Shown here piece by piece: positions 1-9,419 of a stretch of 42,137 nt of DNA (its first letter is position 1; every line of letters begins with the position of its first letter). The position numbers and the translations under genes are program-made. Source of the DNA: Spirochaetaceae bacterium (GTDB taxonomy: Bacteria > Spirochaetota > Spirochaetia > UBA9216); assembly GCA_028527945.1 (NCBI GenBank), contig JAQQAK010000197.1:1-42137 (forward strand), read 5' to 3'. The notes beneath the pieces were generated by a model, which was not told where the DNA came from, did not search any database, and worked only from the letters and a program-made list of their open reading frames with translations.

Positions 1-881
1 CAGGACAATTAACTGTTAGAATATATATATATCCAGGAACAAACCACCAGGCTGATAAAATCCATGAAATATTACCCTATAAGGAATTATTTTATAGTGA
101 TGAAATGCATATAACTGGGGTGAAAGGGATTCTTGATGGAGTTACAGCCACCTATACGGCTGTTATGACTGAGCCATATCAGGATAATCCAGGTGTTAAT
201 GGAATACTAGTTGTTGATAAAGATACTATACAAAATTGGGTAAGTACTGCTAATGCAAATGGATTAAGTTGCAGAATACATTGCATTGGTGATGGAGCGG
301 TAAGAGAGGCTCTGGATGCTTATGAAGCATCCAATGCTGTAAATGATAATTCCAATATTCGAAATGGAGTAGAACATATTGAAATGCTTCATCCTGATGA
401 TGTAAATCGTTTTCATGAATTGGGTGTTGTTGCTTCAATGCAGCCACGGCATCAAATTCTTGATAAGGGAGAGAAATTATTCCGATGTGGTTTGGAACGA
501 AGTAAATATGAATGGAATTTTAAGGCAATCCGGGATACAAAAGGCAGAATCGCTCTCGGAACTGATTATCCTGTGGTTTCTTTCAATCCTTATGAAAATA
601 TTTATATTGGAATGACAACTCGTTCTTTAGATGGAGTCCAGTTCGGAACTACCACCAGAGAACAAGTTTTAACTCTGGAGGAATGTCTTAAAGGCTACAC
701 TATTGAAGGTGCGTATCTTAATAGTATGGAGCAGAAGGTAGGAACCTTGGAGCCTGGTAAATATGCAGATATAAACGTTGTAAATTGCAATATGTTTGAT
801 ATTGATATAGAAGAAATAAAAAATTGTCATTCAACAATGACCATTTTTAATGGAGCAATTGTGTATGATGAAAAAGCTTAA
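1..881 (+). CDS. Amidohydrolase-family metal-dependent hydrolase (YtcJ-like), C-terminal part; the 5' end lies outside the window
   Basis: The frame of the 105..881 ORF stays open back to base 3 with no stop, so the gene is cut by the window edge. The sequence has amidohydrolase_3-like C-terminal features (HCIGDGA, GTDYPV, LEPGKYADI). Confidence 0.7.
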   Translation, partial: GQLTVRIYIYPGTNHQADKIHEILPYKELFYSDEMHITGVKGILDGVTATYTAVMTEPYQDNPGVNGILVVDKDTIQNWVSTANANGLSCRIHCIGDGAVREALDAYEASNAVNDNSNIRNGVEHIEMLHPDDVNRFHELGVVASMQPRHQILDKGEKLFRCGLERSKYEWNFKAIRDTKGRIALGTDYPVVSFNPYENIYIGMTTRSLDGVQFGTTTREQVLTLEECLKGYTIEGAYLNSMEQKVGTLEPGKYADINVVNCNMFDIDIEEIKNCHSTMTIFNGAIVYDEKA

Positions 882-911
882 TAAGTAAGTTTCTAACTTA
901 AGGAGAAAATT

Positions 912-2528
912 ATGAAACGAAAATGGATCACCTTGTTAACTATTACAAGTATTATAGCAATACTTGTTATGGGGTGTAGCGCTTCAAAGACTAAAAACGT
1001 TAAATCCGATGGTGTGTTTAATGTAGCTATTTCAACGGATTTACCAACCATGGATCCAGTTCAATGTAATGATTATAGTGCAGAACTGGTAATAAATAAC
1101 CTGTACGATACTCTTCTAAAATTTTCAGTAGAAGATAATCATTTAGAACCAGGTCTTGCAAAGTCATGGGAAAAGGTTGATGAGCTGACTTATGTATATC
1201 AACTACGGGATGATGTTTATTTCTGGGATGGGCAGAAAATGACCGCTGATGATGTAGTTTTCTCCTTAAGAAGACACATGGATCCTTCTTTAGCCTCTCT
1301 TTTTGGTCCCAAGTTTAACGCTGTTGAAAGTATCGAAAAAACTGGAGATTTCGAAGTAACAATACGACTTTCTTATCAAAGTGAAAGCTTCAAATATATT
1401 CCGGCAACTATGGCTGGTAGTGTGGTCGAAAAGGCTTTTGTTGAAGAAGCTGGAGAGAATTTTGGTAAAACAAATACAGGAACTATGGGTACTGGTCCTT
1501 ATAAATTTGATAGTTGGACTGAAGGAAGTACTATCATTTTTAAAAAGAATGAAAATTATTGGGATAGTAGCGTCAGTTATCCCGAAGACGTCCTGGAATT
1601 TGATATTATTGCTGATGTAACATCAGTTGGCCTTGCCCTTACCAGCGGACAGGTCGATTTCTTTAATACTCCGACCGAAGAGGTTAGAGAGCAAGTAGCA
1701 TCCTCTGATAAAGTAGAAAATAAATATGCTAAAGGACTTCAGAACTCATTCATCTACTTTAATTCTGGCGCAGGCCCTTTTAATGATATTAATTTAAGAA
1801 AAGCAGCCGCTACGGCACTTGATACTAATGCTATCGCTCTTGCCACAAGAGGTGAGGGATTTTTCGATAAGTCAAAAGCTCTGGATGTTGATCCTCAAGT
1901 AATGGGATATTATCCTGAAGATTGGATTGCTCTGAACGATGAGCTTGATTCTTATGAGTATAATTTGGAAAAAGCTAAAGAATATATGGCTCAATCTGCA
2001 TATCCTGATGGGGTTGAGGTTACTATGCCGACCTGTACTCTTGTACAGAAAGAAAGTGAAGCTGCTCAGTATTATTTAAAGCAGATTGGAATTAATGTAA
2101 AACTTGAAACAGTTCCCTTCTCTGATTTTATTTTGTACGTTTACGGAGTTTTACTTGATGACCAAGGACAAAGAGATTATGATCTATTGGCTTTTGCATG
2201 GTTCCCTGATTTTGCAGATCCTGTAGCTCTATTATATCTTTATCAAGGAATTAATATAGGAATCGGCGGATACAATATGGCTAATTATTTAAACCCTGAA
2301 GTAGATTCCTTAATTGAATTGTCAGATATACAAAGTGGACAAGAACGTTCTGAAACATTAATGAAAGCATACAGAATTATTAACGAAGCTTGTACTGGGA
2401 AAATGATTTCCTATTTTGGACCTTCCTGTTCTATCAATACAAATTATTCTGTGGAACTACCAGCAATGTGGATGTGGAATTTTAATTTTACACAGGTACA
2501 TAAGAAAAATGAAACCAATAATAATTAA
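912..2528 (+). CDS. ABC transporter substrate-binding lipoprotein, family 5 (peptide/nickel Opp/Dpp/Nik type)
   Basis: SD AAGGAG lies upstream of the ATG. The N-terminus carries a lipoprotein signal with a lipobox (LVMGC-SAS). The ~540-aa length is typical of family-5 binding proteins. Two permeases and two ATPases follow directly. Confidence 0.85.
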   Translation: MKRKWITLLTITSIIAILVMGCSASKTKNVKSDGVFNVAISTDLPTMDPVQCNDYSAELVINNLYDTLLKFSVEDNHLEPGLAKSWEKVDELTYVYQLRDDVYFWDGQKMTADDVVFSLRRHMDPSLASLFGPKFNAVESIEKTGDFEVTIRLSYQSESFKYIPATMAGSVVEKAFVEEAGENFGKTNTGTMGTGPYKFDSWTEGSTIIFKKNENYWDSSVSYPEDVLEFDIIADVTSVGLALTSGQVDFFNTPTEEVREQVASSDKVENKYAKGLQNSFIYFNSGAGPFNDINLRKAAATALDTNAIALATRGEGFFDKSKALDVDPQVMGYYPEDWIALNDELDSYEYNLEKAKEYMAQSAYPDGVEVTMPTCTLVQKESEAAQYYLKQIGINVKLETVPFSDFILYVYGVLLDDQGQRDYDLLAFAWFPDFADPVALLYLYQGINIGIGGYNMANYLNPEVDSLIELSDIQSGQERSETLMKAYRIINEACTGKMISYFGPSCSINTNYSVELPAMWMWNFNFTQVHKKNETNNN

Positions 2529-2564
2529 TAGACTACAGGTAATGTGAGGTAAAGGATTAAGAAT

Positions 2565-3509
2565 ATGGGAAAAGTATTGTTTATATTAAAAAGATTCATA
2601 ACTATGCTTTTTACACTTCTAATCGTATCATTTTTACTATTTATGGTATTGCATCTGACTGGACCTGATCCACTAACGGTTATTATTGGGCAGAAGCAGA
2701 ATATTACCCAAGAGGCTCGGGAATCCTTGAGGGTGCAATACCATTTGGATGAACCTTTATTTGTTCAGTATGGAATATGGTTTAAAGGAGCTGTTACAGG
2801 AAACTTCGGTATGGACTATATACAGAAGATGCCTGTGACTTCTCTGATTGGTGGTAGAAGTGCGGTAACTATAGGAATGGTTGCCTGTAGTTTGTTATTT
2901 TCAATTTTGATAGCAATTCCTTTGGGAATTATCAGTGCTCTTAAGAAAAACACTGGTGTAGATTATGTTATCTCGACATTGATGCTTATACTAACTTCTA
3001 TTCCCGGTTTTTTAGTAGCGATGATTATGCTTGTTATACTGTCAAAAGCAATTCCGGGATATAGAAGTGTAGGAATGTATACAAATTTTGGTGAATATAT
3101 GGCTCGGATAAGCGCTCCTTCTCTATGCCTTTCATTTGGAAATATTGCTCTCATTGGGCGTATAACCAGAAATGCAATGGTGGAACAATTAAATTCGGAT
3201 TATATAATAACCTGTGAAGCTAAAGGAATTTCTAAAAGAAGATTGATTTTAAGTCATGCATTGAAAAATAGTGTAATTCCGGTTTTTACCGTGTCTGCCA
3301 TGCTTGTAGGAACATCAGTGGGAATTTCTGTTTTAGTTGAGCAGATATTTTCCTTGCCTGGGCTTGGTAGTTTACTTACAACAGCAGTTTTAAAGGATAA
3401 TTATCCTATTATATTGGCGTTGACCCTGCTGATGCTGATTATTTTTCAGGTAGTTAACCTGATTGCGGATATTATGTATACCATCATCGATCCAAGAATT
3501 AAGATTTAG
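2565..3509 (+). CDS. ABC transporter permease (OppB/DppB/NikB-like)
   Basis: The protein is multi-span and hydrophobic. Its size and position after the binding protein match the first permease of Opp/Dpp-type importers. Confidence 0.85.
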   Translation: MGKVLFILKRFITMLFTLLIVSFLLFMVLHLTGPDPLTVIIGQKQNITQEARESLRVQYHLDEPLFVQYGIWFKGAVTGNFGMDYIQKMPVTSLIGGRSAVTIGMVACSLLFSILIAIPLGIISALKKNTGVDYVISTLMLILTSIPGFLVAMIMLVILSKAIPGYRSVGMYTNFGEYMARISAPSLCLSFGNIALIGRITRNAMVEQLNSDYIITCEAKGISKRRLILSHALKNSVIPVFTVSAMLVGTSVGISVLVEQIFSLPGLGSLLTTAVLKDNYPIILALTLLMLIIFQVVNLIADIMYTIIDPRIKI

Positions 3510-3517
3510 GTAGTTGT

Positions 3518-4405
3518 ATGAAAAAGAAAAAAATGGGAACTCTGTTTACACCACCAATGATGATCTCGGCAATTATTCTTGCCGTTATTCTATTGATATC
3601 AATATTTGGAACCTTGTTGGCTCCTTACGATCCTGAGGCTATAGATTTAGCGAATACTTATAAAAAATTTTCACCAGATCATTGGTTTGGAACTGACGCT
3701 ATGGGCAGAGACATGTTTTCTCGTATGCTATGCGGGGCTCATACAACAATTTTAAACGCTGTTCTGGTTGTTTTATTTGCTGATTTCATCGGTGTGCCTC
3801 TTGGATTGATGTGTGGATATAAAGAAGGGCTTTTAGATAAGATCGTAATGCGTATATGGGACATTCTTGCAGCTTTTCCTCCTCTTATTTTAGCCATGGT
3901 ATTTGTGGCAATTTTTGGAAAAGGAGAATTGAACGCTGTCCTTGCCACAGGGATTGTTTTTATTCCAATGATTTCTCGGCTTACACGTTCAAGTGTTCTT
4001 TCTGAAAAGACCAAGACCTATGTGGAAACGGCAAAATCTTTAGGATATACCGAACGAAAGATTATCTTTCGCCATATTTTCCCTAATGTTGTACCGACAC
4101 TAATGGCTGAATTTACTTTGGATATAGGGTACGCAATAATCAGTCTGGCTTCTCTAAGTTATATGGGACTTGGAGTTCAGTCACCAAAATCGGACTGGGG
4201 AAGTATTTTACAGTCGGGTATGGCTTTGTTGTTTAAATCACCGACAGTAGCTCTTATTCCCGGAATTGCCATCGTAATAACAGTTGTTGCATTAAACTTG
4301 CTCACTGACAGCATTCAGATGTATTTGGATCCTGTTCAGAGACGTCTGCCCCACATTATGAAATATAAAAAAAGGGAGGCGAAACATAATGAAAAATATG
4401 CATGA
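3518..4405 (+). CDS. ABC transporter permease (OppC/DppC/NikC-like)
   Basis: The protein is hydrophobic with the N-terminal OppC-type segment (LAPYDP) and overlaps the next gene. Confidence 0.85.
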   Translation: MKKKKMGTLFTPPMMISAIILAVILLISIFGTLLAPYDPEAIDLANTYKKFSPDHWFGTDAMGRDMFSRMLCGAHTTILNAVLVVLFADFIGVPLGLMCGYKEGLLDKIVMRIWDILAAFPPLILAMVFVAIFGKGELNAVLATGIVFIPMISRLTRSSVLSEKTKTYVETAKSLGYTERKIIFRHIFPNVVPTLMAEFTLDIGYAIISLASLSYMGLGVQSPKSDWGSILQSGMALLFKSPTVALIPGIAIVITVVALNLLTDSIQMYLDPVQRRLPHIMKYKKREAKHNEKYA

Positions 4406-5399
4406 TAACATAGTTGAAATTAATAACCTTGAAGTAGAGATTATCTCTCCTGATGGTTTGCTAAAGGCTGTTAGAGGTTTAAGTCTGAATGTACGCAGAG
4501 GAGAAACTCATGGTATTGTAGGTGAATCAGGTTGTGGTAAATCAGTTATGGTTAAGTCGATTATGCGGTTGCATGATGAAAGTAAAGTTGCATACAGCGG
4601 AAATATCTTTGTAAACAATAAGAATATTATGGATTTAAAGATCCGGAATATGAGAAAATTACGCGGAAAAGAAATGGCTATGATTTTTCAAAATCCAATG
4701 ACCTCGCTAAGTCCCATCATGACAGTGGGTGAGCAGATTTTGGAGGTCTTAACTGCTAAGAGTAATATCAGCAAGGATGAAGCAAAAAAGAGATCCTTGG
4801 AGATTCTCGAAAAAGTTGGGATTACACCGGGAGAAAGAAGATATAAGCAATACCCCTTTGAGTTAAGCGGTGGTCTATTGCAGAGAGTAATGATTGCCAT
4901 GTCTATGGTAAATAATCCAGAACTTCTCATTGCTGATGAACCTACAACAGCTCTGGATGTTACAATTCAAGCGCAAATTCTGGATTTAATGAAGAGTGTA
5001 CAAAAAAGTACTGGCGTTTCCATTATTTTTATTACTCACGATTTGGGAGTGATTGCAGAAATGTGTGATCGGGTCTCAATTATGTATGCAGGTAAAATAG
5101 TTGAAAGTGGCAATATCCTTGATATTTTTGATCATCCCGCACATCCTTATACCAAAGCTTTGTTTGAAAGCAAACCAAAGGGAAGTGATCGCGCGGAGAG
5201 GATGTTAACTATTCCAGGTGCTCCTCCTTCCCTTTACGATGACATCCCAGGTTGTTCGTTTGCTCTACGTTGTAAATATGCCTGTCCAAAATGTCATTCA
5301 ACATCACCTAAAAAGATAGAATTAGATAAGGAACATTGGGCAAGCTGTCATTTTTCCAGAGAGTTTTTTGAGAAAAAGGAGCTCCTTCATGATGAGTAA
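4389..5399 (+). CDS. ABC transporter ATP-binding protein (OppD/DppD-like)
   Basis: It carries Walker A GESGCGKS, signature LSGGLLQR and Walker B LLIADEPTTALD. The Cys/His-rich oligopeptide-type C-terminal extension is present. Confidence 0.9.
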   Translation: MKNMHDNIVEINNLEVEIISPDGLLKAVRGLSLNVRRGETHGIVGESGCGKSVMVKSIMRLHDESKVAYSGNIFVNNKNIMDLKIRNMRKLRGKEMAMIFQNPMTSLSPIMTVGEQILEVLTAKSNISKDEAKKRSLEILEKVGITPGERRYKQYPFELSGGLLQRVMIAMSMVNNPELLIADEPTTALDVTIQAQILDLMKSVQKSTGVSIIFITHDLGVIAEMCDRVSIMYAGKIVESGNILDIFDHPAHPYTKALFESKPKGSDRAERMLTIPGAPPSLYDDIPGCSFALRCKYACPKCHSTSPKKIELDKEHWASCHFSREFFEKKELLHDE

Positions 5400-6342
5400 G
5401 AAAATATTGGATGTAAAACATCTTAAGAAATATTATCCCGTTTCCAAAAAAAGTTTTCTTCATGCAGTAGATGATGTTAGTTTTTCTATCTTTCAGGGAG
5501 AAATATTTGGAATTGTAGGAGAGAGTGGATCAGGAAAATCTACAATCGGTCGAAGTATTTTAAATTTAATTGCCATTGATAAAGGTGAAATTTATTGGGA
5601 TGGTACAAGAATTGATTCTTTAGACGCAAAAGGAATGTTGGAGTTCCGGAAGAAAATGCAAATGGTTTTTCAAAATCCATTAGCTTCTTTTAATCCCAAA
5701 CAATACATTGGGTCAGCTTTTAGTGAGCTATGTAAGTTCTATAAAATTTCCAGGCATGAGATGAATGAAAAAATTATTAAGCTTTTGGAATTGATTAACC
5801 TGCCTGCTGATGTTTTGACCAGAATGCCAAGCCAATTAAGTGGAGGACAGCTTCAACGGTTAAGCATAGCTCGAAGCCTTTTACTGGAGCCTGATTTTAT
5901 AGTAGCTGATGAACCAGTTTCGGCTCTGGATGTGTCGGTTCAGGCTCAGATTTTAAATCTCATTCTTGATTTACGAGATAAAATGGGGCTTACGATCCTT
6001 TTTATTTCACATGATTTAAATGTAGTTGAAAGAATATGTGACCGAGTAGCAGTTATGTATTTGGGTGTTATTGTTGAAATGGCCAAGAAAGAACAACTTT
6101 TTTCACATACTATGCATCCTTATACACATGCTTTAATTGAGGTTAATCCTATTGAACATCCTTCTTTAAGAAAGGATAGGGAGATTATTGCTGGCGATAT
6201 TCCAAGTGCTGTGGATGTTGGTGAGGGTTGTCGTTTTGCGGGTAGATGCCAATACTGTAAAAAAGGTTTATGTGATTGTGTTACTCCCGAACTTATAGAA
6301 GTTGAGTCGGGACATTGGGTTGCTTGTCATTGCCCATTCTAA
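5389..6342 (+). CDS. ABC transporter ATP-binding protein (OppF/DppF-like)
   Basis: It carries Walker A GESGSGKST, signature LSGGQLQR and Walker B FIVADEPVSALD. I chose the start at the ATGATG overlapping the upstream stop; the ORF-track start at 5368 is less likely. Confidence 0.88.
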   Translation: MMSKKILDVKHLKKYYPVSKKSFLHAVDDVSFSIFQGEIFGIVGESGSGKSTIGRSILNLIAIDKGEIYWDGTRIDSLDAKGMLEFRKKMQMVFQNPLASFNPKQYIGSAFSELCKFYKISRHEMNEKIIKLLELINLPADVLTRMPSQLSGGQLQRLSIARSLLLEPDFIVADEPVSALDVSVQAQILNLILDLRDKMGLTILFISHDLNVVERICDRVAVMYLGVIVEMAKKEQLFSHTMHPYTHALIEVNPIEHPSLRKDREIIAGDIPSAVDVGEGCRFAGRCQYCKKGLCDCVTPELIEVESGHWVACHCPF

Positions 6343-6353
6343 GGAGGTTCAGA

Positions 6354-7004
6354 ATGGATAATTTTATTGTTACTATTGCCAGAGGATTTGGTTCTGGAGG
6401 AAAGAGAACTGCATTCCAGTTAGCCAAAGATTATGGAATAGAATGTTATGAAAGTCGGATTTTAACTTTAGCGTCTCAGCTTAGTGGGATAGAAACAGAT
6501 AAGTTTATCGAGATTGACGAAAGGCTTCGTGAAAAAAAGGCCTTTGATGTTTTAAAAAAACTTCCCTTTGTAAAAAATACTGATGCAGTTTTTCATAAAT
6601 TTGTTTCAGATCAGCTCCTTTTTGATTATCAGGCTAAAATTATTCAGAAACTGGCAGAATCAAAATCCTGTGTTATAGTCGGTAAGTGTGCTGATTTTGT
6701 TTTAAAGGATTATAAAAACGTGGTTAGTGTTTATATTGAGGCTCCCAGAGAATATACCAGAGAACGTATTATGAACCTTAAAAAGGTTCCTGCAGAAATT
6801 GCTGATGATATGATTACCCGTACCGACAAATATAGAGCTGATTATTACGAAGCATATACCAACGGTAATTATTGGACAAATCCAGTAAACTATGATCTTA
6901 CCCTAAATAGTTCAACATTGGGAATCGAGGGCTGTGTTTACATGATCAAACATTGTTTAAAACAAAAACTTGGTGTCGAATTACCAAAACATGCCTCTGA
7001 ATAA
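6354..7004 (+). CDS. Cytidylate kinase-like family protein (P-loop NTPase)
   Basis: The N-terminus IARGFGSGGK... is typical of the cytidylate-kinase-like family. SD AAGGAGG precedes the ATG at 6354; the ORF-track start at 6315 overlaps the previous gene and lacks an SD. Confidence 0.6.
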   Translation: MDNFIVTIARGFGSGGKRTAFQLAKDYGIECYESRILTLASQLSGIETDKFIEIDERLREKKAFDVLKKLPFVKNTDAVFHKFVSDQLLFDYQAKIIQKLAESKSCVIVGKCADFVLKDYKNVVSVYIEAPREYTRERIMNLKKVPAEIADDMITRTDKYRADYYEAYTNGNYWTNPVNYDLTLNSSTLGIEGCVYMIKHCLKQKLGVELPKHASE

Positions 7005-7132
7005 ATTGGAGCACCAGTCTTGCAACAGTATTGAAATAATTTGGTCATAGCAATTTAAGCCCTTGAGCAAAAAATCAACATTATACTATTTTATATTTTT
7101 TCACAATTTAAGTCTCTCTGAATATTTTCTTC

Positions 7133-8137
7133 TCAGCATATTCGGGGAAGAAGTTCTCCTCCGGGTTCAGGGAGCAATGTTTTGGCTCCTATTTCTGTTT
7201 TCATAACAACCCTTCCCGGCATTTCTGAGGTTACTTCTCCTATCACAGCAGCCTCCTTTGAATACGGAAGCTGTCTGAGAGTTTTTACTATCTGCTCGGC
7301 CTCATCCATTGGCGCAAAAACTACAAGTCGGCCTTCACAGGCAAGGTACAGTGGTTCAAGTCCCAACATTCCACAGACCCCGGCGACTTCTCCTGATACT
7401 GGAATCTCTTTTGAATCAAGACATATTCCTACATTGCTCTGGTTGGCAATTTCGTATAATACAGTTCCAACACCTCCCCTTGTTGCATCTCTTATTACAT
7501 GTAGTGTCTTTGTAACCTCGAGCATTTTCTCAACTGCTCCCCAAAGAGGAGCACAGTCACTTTTTATGCTTGTTTCAATCCCAAAATCTTCTCTGGACAA
7601 CAGAATAGAACATCCATGTCTTCCGATATCTCCAGTTACAATAACAGCGTCTCCTACACAGGCTTTACTTCCGGACAAGCTTATACCCTCTGCAAGCTGC
7701 CCAACACCGCTTGTTGTAATAAAAATATTATCAATCTGCCCCTTACCAGCGACCTTTGTGTCTCCGGCAACTATCTTCACACCTGTTTCTTTTGCCGTTT
7801 TTTCCATTGATGACGCAATTTTTTCAAGAATAGTCAGAGGAAAGCCTTCTTCAATAACAAAGGCGCAGGTCAGGTATAATGGCTTTGCTCCCATGCAGGC
7901 AAGATCGTTTACTGTCCCGCAAATACTTAGCTTGCCGATATTCCCTCCAGGAAACTCAAACGGTGAAACAATGAATCCGTCTGTTGAAAAAGCAATCTTT
8001 CCAGAGTCTATTTGAAGAATAGCCGCGTCATCTGCTGTAAGTAAGGGATTTGAGAAATGAGTTTTAAATACCTCATCTATCAGCATGGAAGTCTGTTTTC
8101 CTCCTGCCCCGTGTGCCAATGTAATATTTTTTTCCAT
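7133..8137 (-). CDS. hypE: Hydrogenase maturation protein HypE (carbamoyl dehydratase, PurM-like)
   Basis: The N-terminus is LAHGAGGK. The protein has PurM-like architecture and ends with the invariant PRIC motif carrying the cyanated cysteine. The ATG at 8137 overlaps the hypD stop (TAATG). Confidence 0.92.
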   Translation of the reverse strand: MEKNITLAHGAGGKQTSMLIDEVFKTHFSNPLLTADDAAILQIDSGKIAFSTDGFIVSPFEFPGGNIGKLSICGTVNDLACMGAKPLYLTCAFVIEEGFPLTILEKIASSMEKTAKETGVKIVAGDTKVAGKGQIDNIFITTSGVGQLAEGISLSGSKACVGDAVIVTGDIGRHGCSILLSREDFGIETSIKSDCAPLWGAVEKMLEVTKTLHVIRDATRGGVGTVLYEIANQSNVGICLDSKEIPVSGEVAGVCGMLGLEPLYLACEGRLVVFAPMDEAEQIVKTLRQLPYSKEAAVIGEVTSEMPGRVVMKTEIGAKTLLPEPGGELLPRIC

Positions 8138-9201
8138 TATAAGTTCCCTCCATATTGATAATAAGCTGAACATGCTCCCTCATTTGAAACCATGCATGCT
8201 CCAACCGGATGCTGTGGATTACAAATCTTTCCAAACAGTCCGCATTCTGTTGGTTTGCATTTGCCCTGAAGAATGTCTCCGCAGCGGCAGGCCGGATTAC
8301 TTTTTCCGGGAATCTTTGGAAGATTAAAACGTGTTCTTGCGTCAAAATCTTTGTAGTCGGCTCGGAGTTTCAAACCTGATTTTTTTATCTTACCAAGTCC
8401 ACGCCATTCTGAATCACAACTTTCCATTGTTTCGTTTACAAGTTCTTGTGCCGGTATATTTCCTTCGGATTTTACAACCCTTGGATAGCAGTTTTTGAAA
8501 AAAGGTTTACCCTTTTCTGACAGTTTGATTGCAACCGCCAAGGCCGTTAGAAGTTCATTAGCGGTAAATCCTGTCACAACTCCAGATACTCCTTCTTTTA
8601 CAAGGCTTTCACATACTGATGTGCCGGCTATTGCGTCTACATGTCCGGGATAAAGAAAGGCGTCCGCGCTGTTTTTTAGAATCTTGTATGCTTCTGGCAT
8701 TGTTTTATTTGCTACAAGTAAACTGAAGTTTTTGATTCCATCAGCCTTTGCCTTCTTTACAGCCAGGCATGATGCCGGAGTTGTTGTTTCAAATCCAACA
8801 GAAAGAAAAACTATTTCTTTATCCGGATGCTCTTTAGCGTATGATAGAGCGTCAACAGGCGAGTAGACCATCTTTATTGAGGCTCCTTTTTGTCTTGAAT
8901 CAGCAAGGCTCATTTTTGAGCCGGGAACCCTAAGGAGATCTCCAAATGTACAGATTACAGCCCTATGTTCAAGCGCCAACATAAGGCTTTCATCAATAAA
9001 GCCTACCGGTGTAACACAGACCGGGCAGCCTGGGCCTGAAATAAGTTTTATAGTGTCTGGCAGAATATTCCGTATTCCCAGACGAAATATCTCGTGGGTA
9101 TGTGTCCCGCATACCTCCATGATTCGTAGAGGTTTTCCTTTGTAGGATTCAATTATCTCTTTTGCCGACATTTTTTTATTTTCTATGCAAGCCGTCTTCA
9201 T
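8137..9201 (-). CDS. hypD: Hydrogenase maturation protein HypD
   Basis: It carries the conserved motifs MEVCGTHTH and GPGCPVCV and a C-terminal Cys-rich Fe-S region. The ATG directly abuts the hypC stop (TAAATG). Confidence 0.92.
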   Translation of the reverse strand: MKTACIENKKMSAKEIIESYKGKPLRIMEVCGTHTHEIFRLGIRNILPDTIKLISGPGCPVCVTPVGFIDESLMLALEHRAVICTFGDLLRVPGSKMSLADSRQKGASIKMVYSPVDALSYAKEHPDKEIVFLSVGFETTTPASCLAVKKAKADGIKNFSLLVANKTMPEAYKILKNSADAFLYPGHVDAIAGTSVCESLVKEGVSGVVTGFTANELLTALAVAIKLSEKGKPFFKNCYPRVVKSEGNIPAQELVNETMESCDSEWRGLGKIKKSGLKLRADYKDFDARTRFNLPKIPGKSNPACRCGDILQGKCKPTECGLFGKICNPQHPVGACMVSNEGACSAYYQYGGNL

Positions 9202-9408
9202 TTATAGTGACTCCATGATCTCATCAGTTTCATCTTCATCATTATCTGTAATCTTGGCGATTGCTATTCCGGCATGAACCATTACATAATCTCCCGGTTC
9301 CAGATCCTTTATAAGCTCTGCCGAGATCTCTCTTTTAGCTCCGGATGCGTCAATTATGGCCATTCCGTTATCAATTCCAATTACCTTTGCTGATAATCCA
9401 ACACACAT
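9202..9408 (-). CDS. hypC: Hydrogenase maturation chaperone HypC/HybG/HupF family
   Basis: The protein is 68 aa and begins MCVG, which places the essential Cys at position 2. SD AGGAGGG lies upstream. Confidence 0.9.
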   Translation of the reverse strand: MCVGLSAKVIGIDNGMAIIDASGAKREISAELIKDLEPGDYVMVHAGIAIAKITDNDEDETDEIMESL

Positions 9409-9419
9409 ATTATCCCTCC

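Noticed and set aside
912-6342. Calling the ABC importer NikABCDE (nickel uptake) because it lies next to the hyp genes
   Set aside because: Family-5 binding proteins cannot be split into peptide versus nickel specificity by eye. The transporter is convergent with the hyp genes, not co-transcribed. It is flanked by an amidohydrolase, which fits peptide use equally well. The hyp set also lacks the nickel-insertion genes.
7182-8015. A 277-aa ORF on the + strand, antisense to hypE
   Set aside because: It is a Ser/Pro/Thr-rich shadow ORF with no SD or recognisable motif. The opposite strand encodes an unambiguous full-length HypE.
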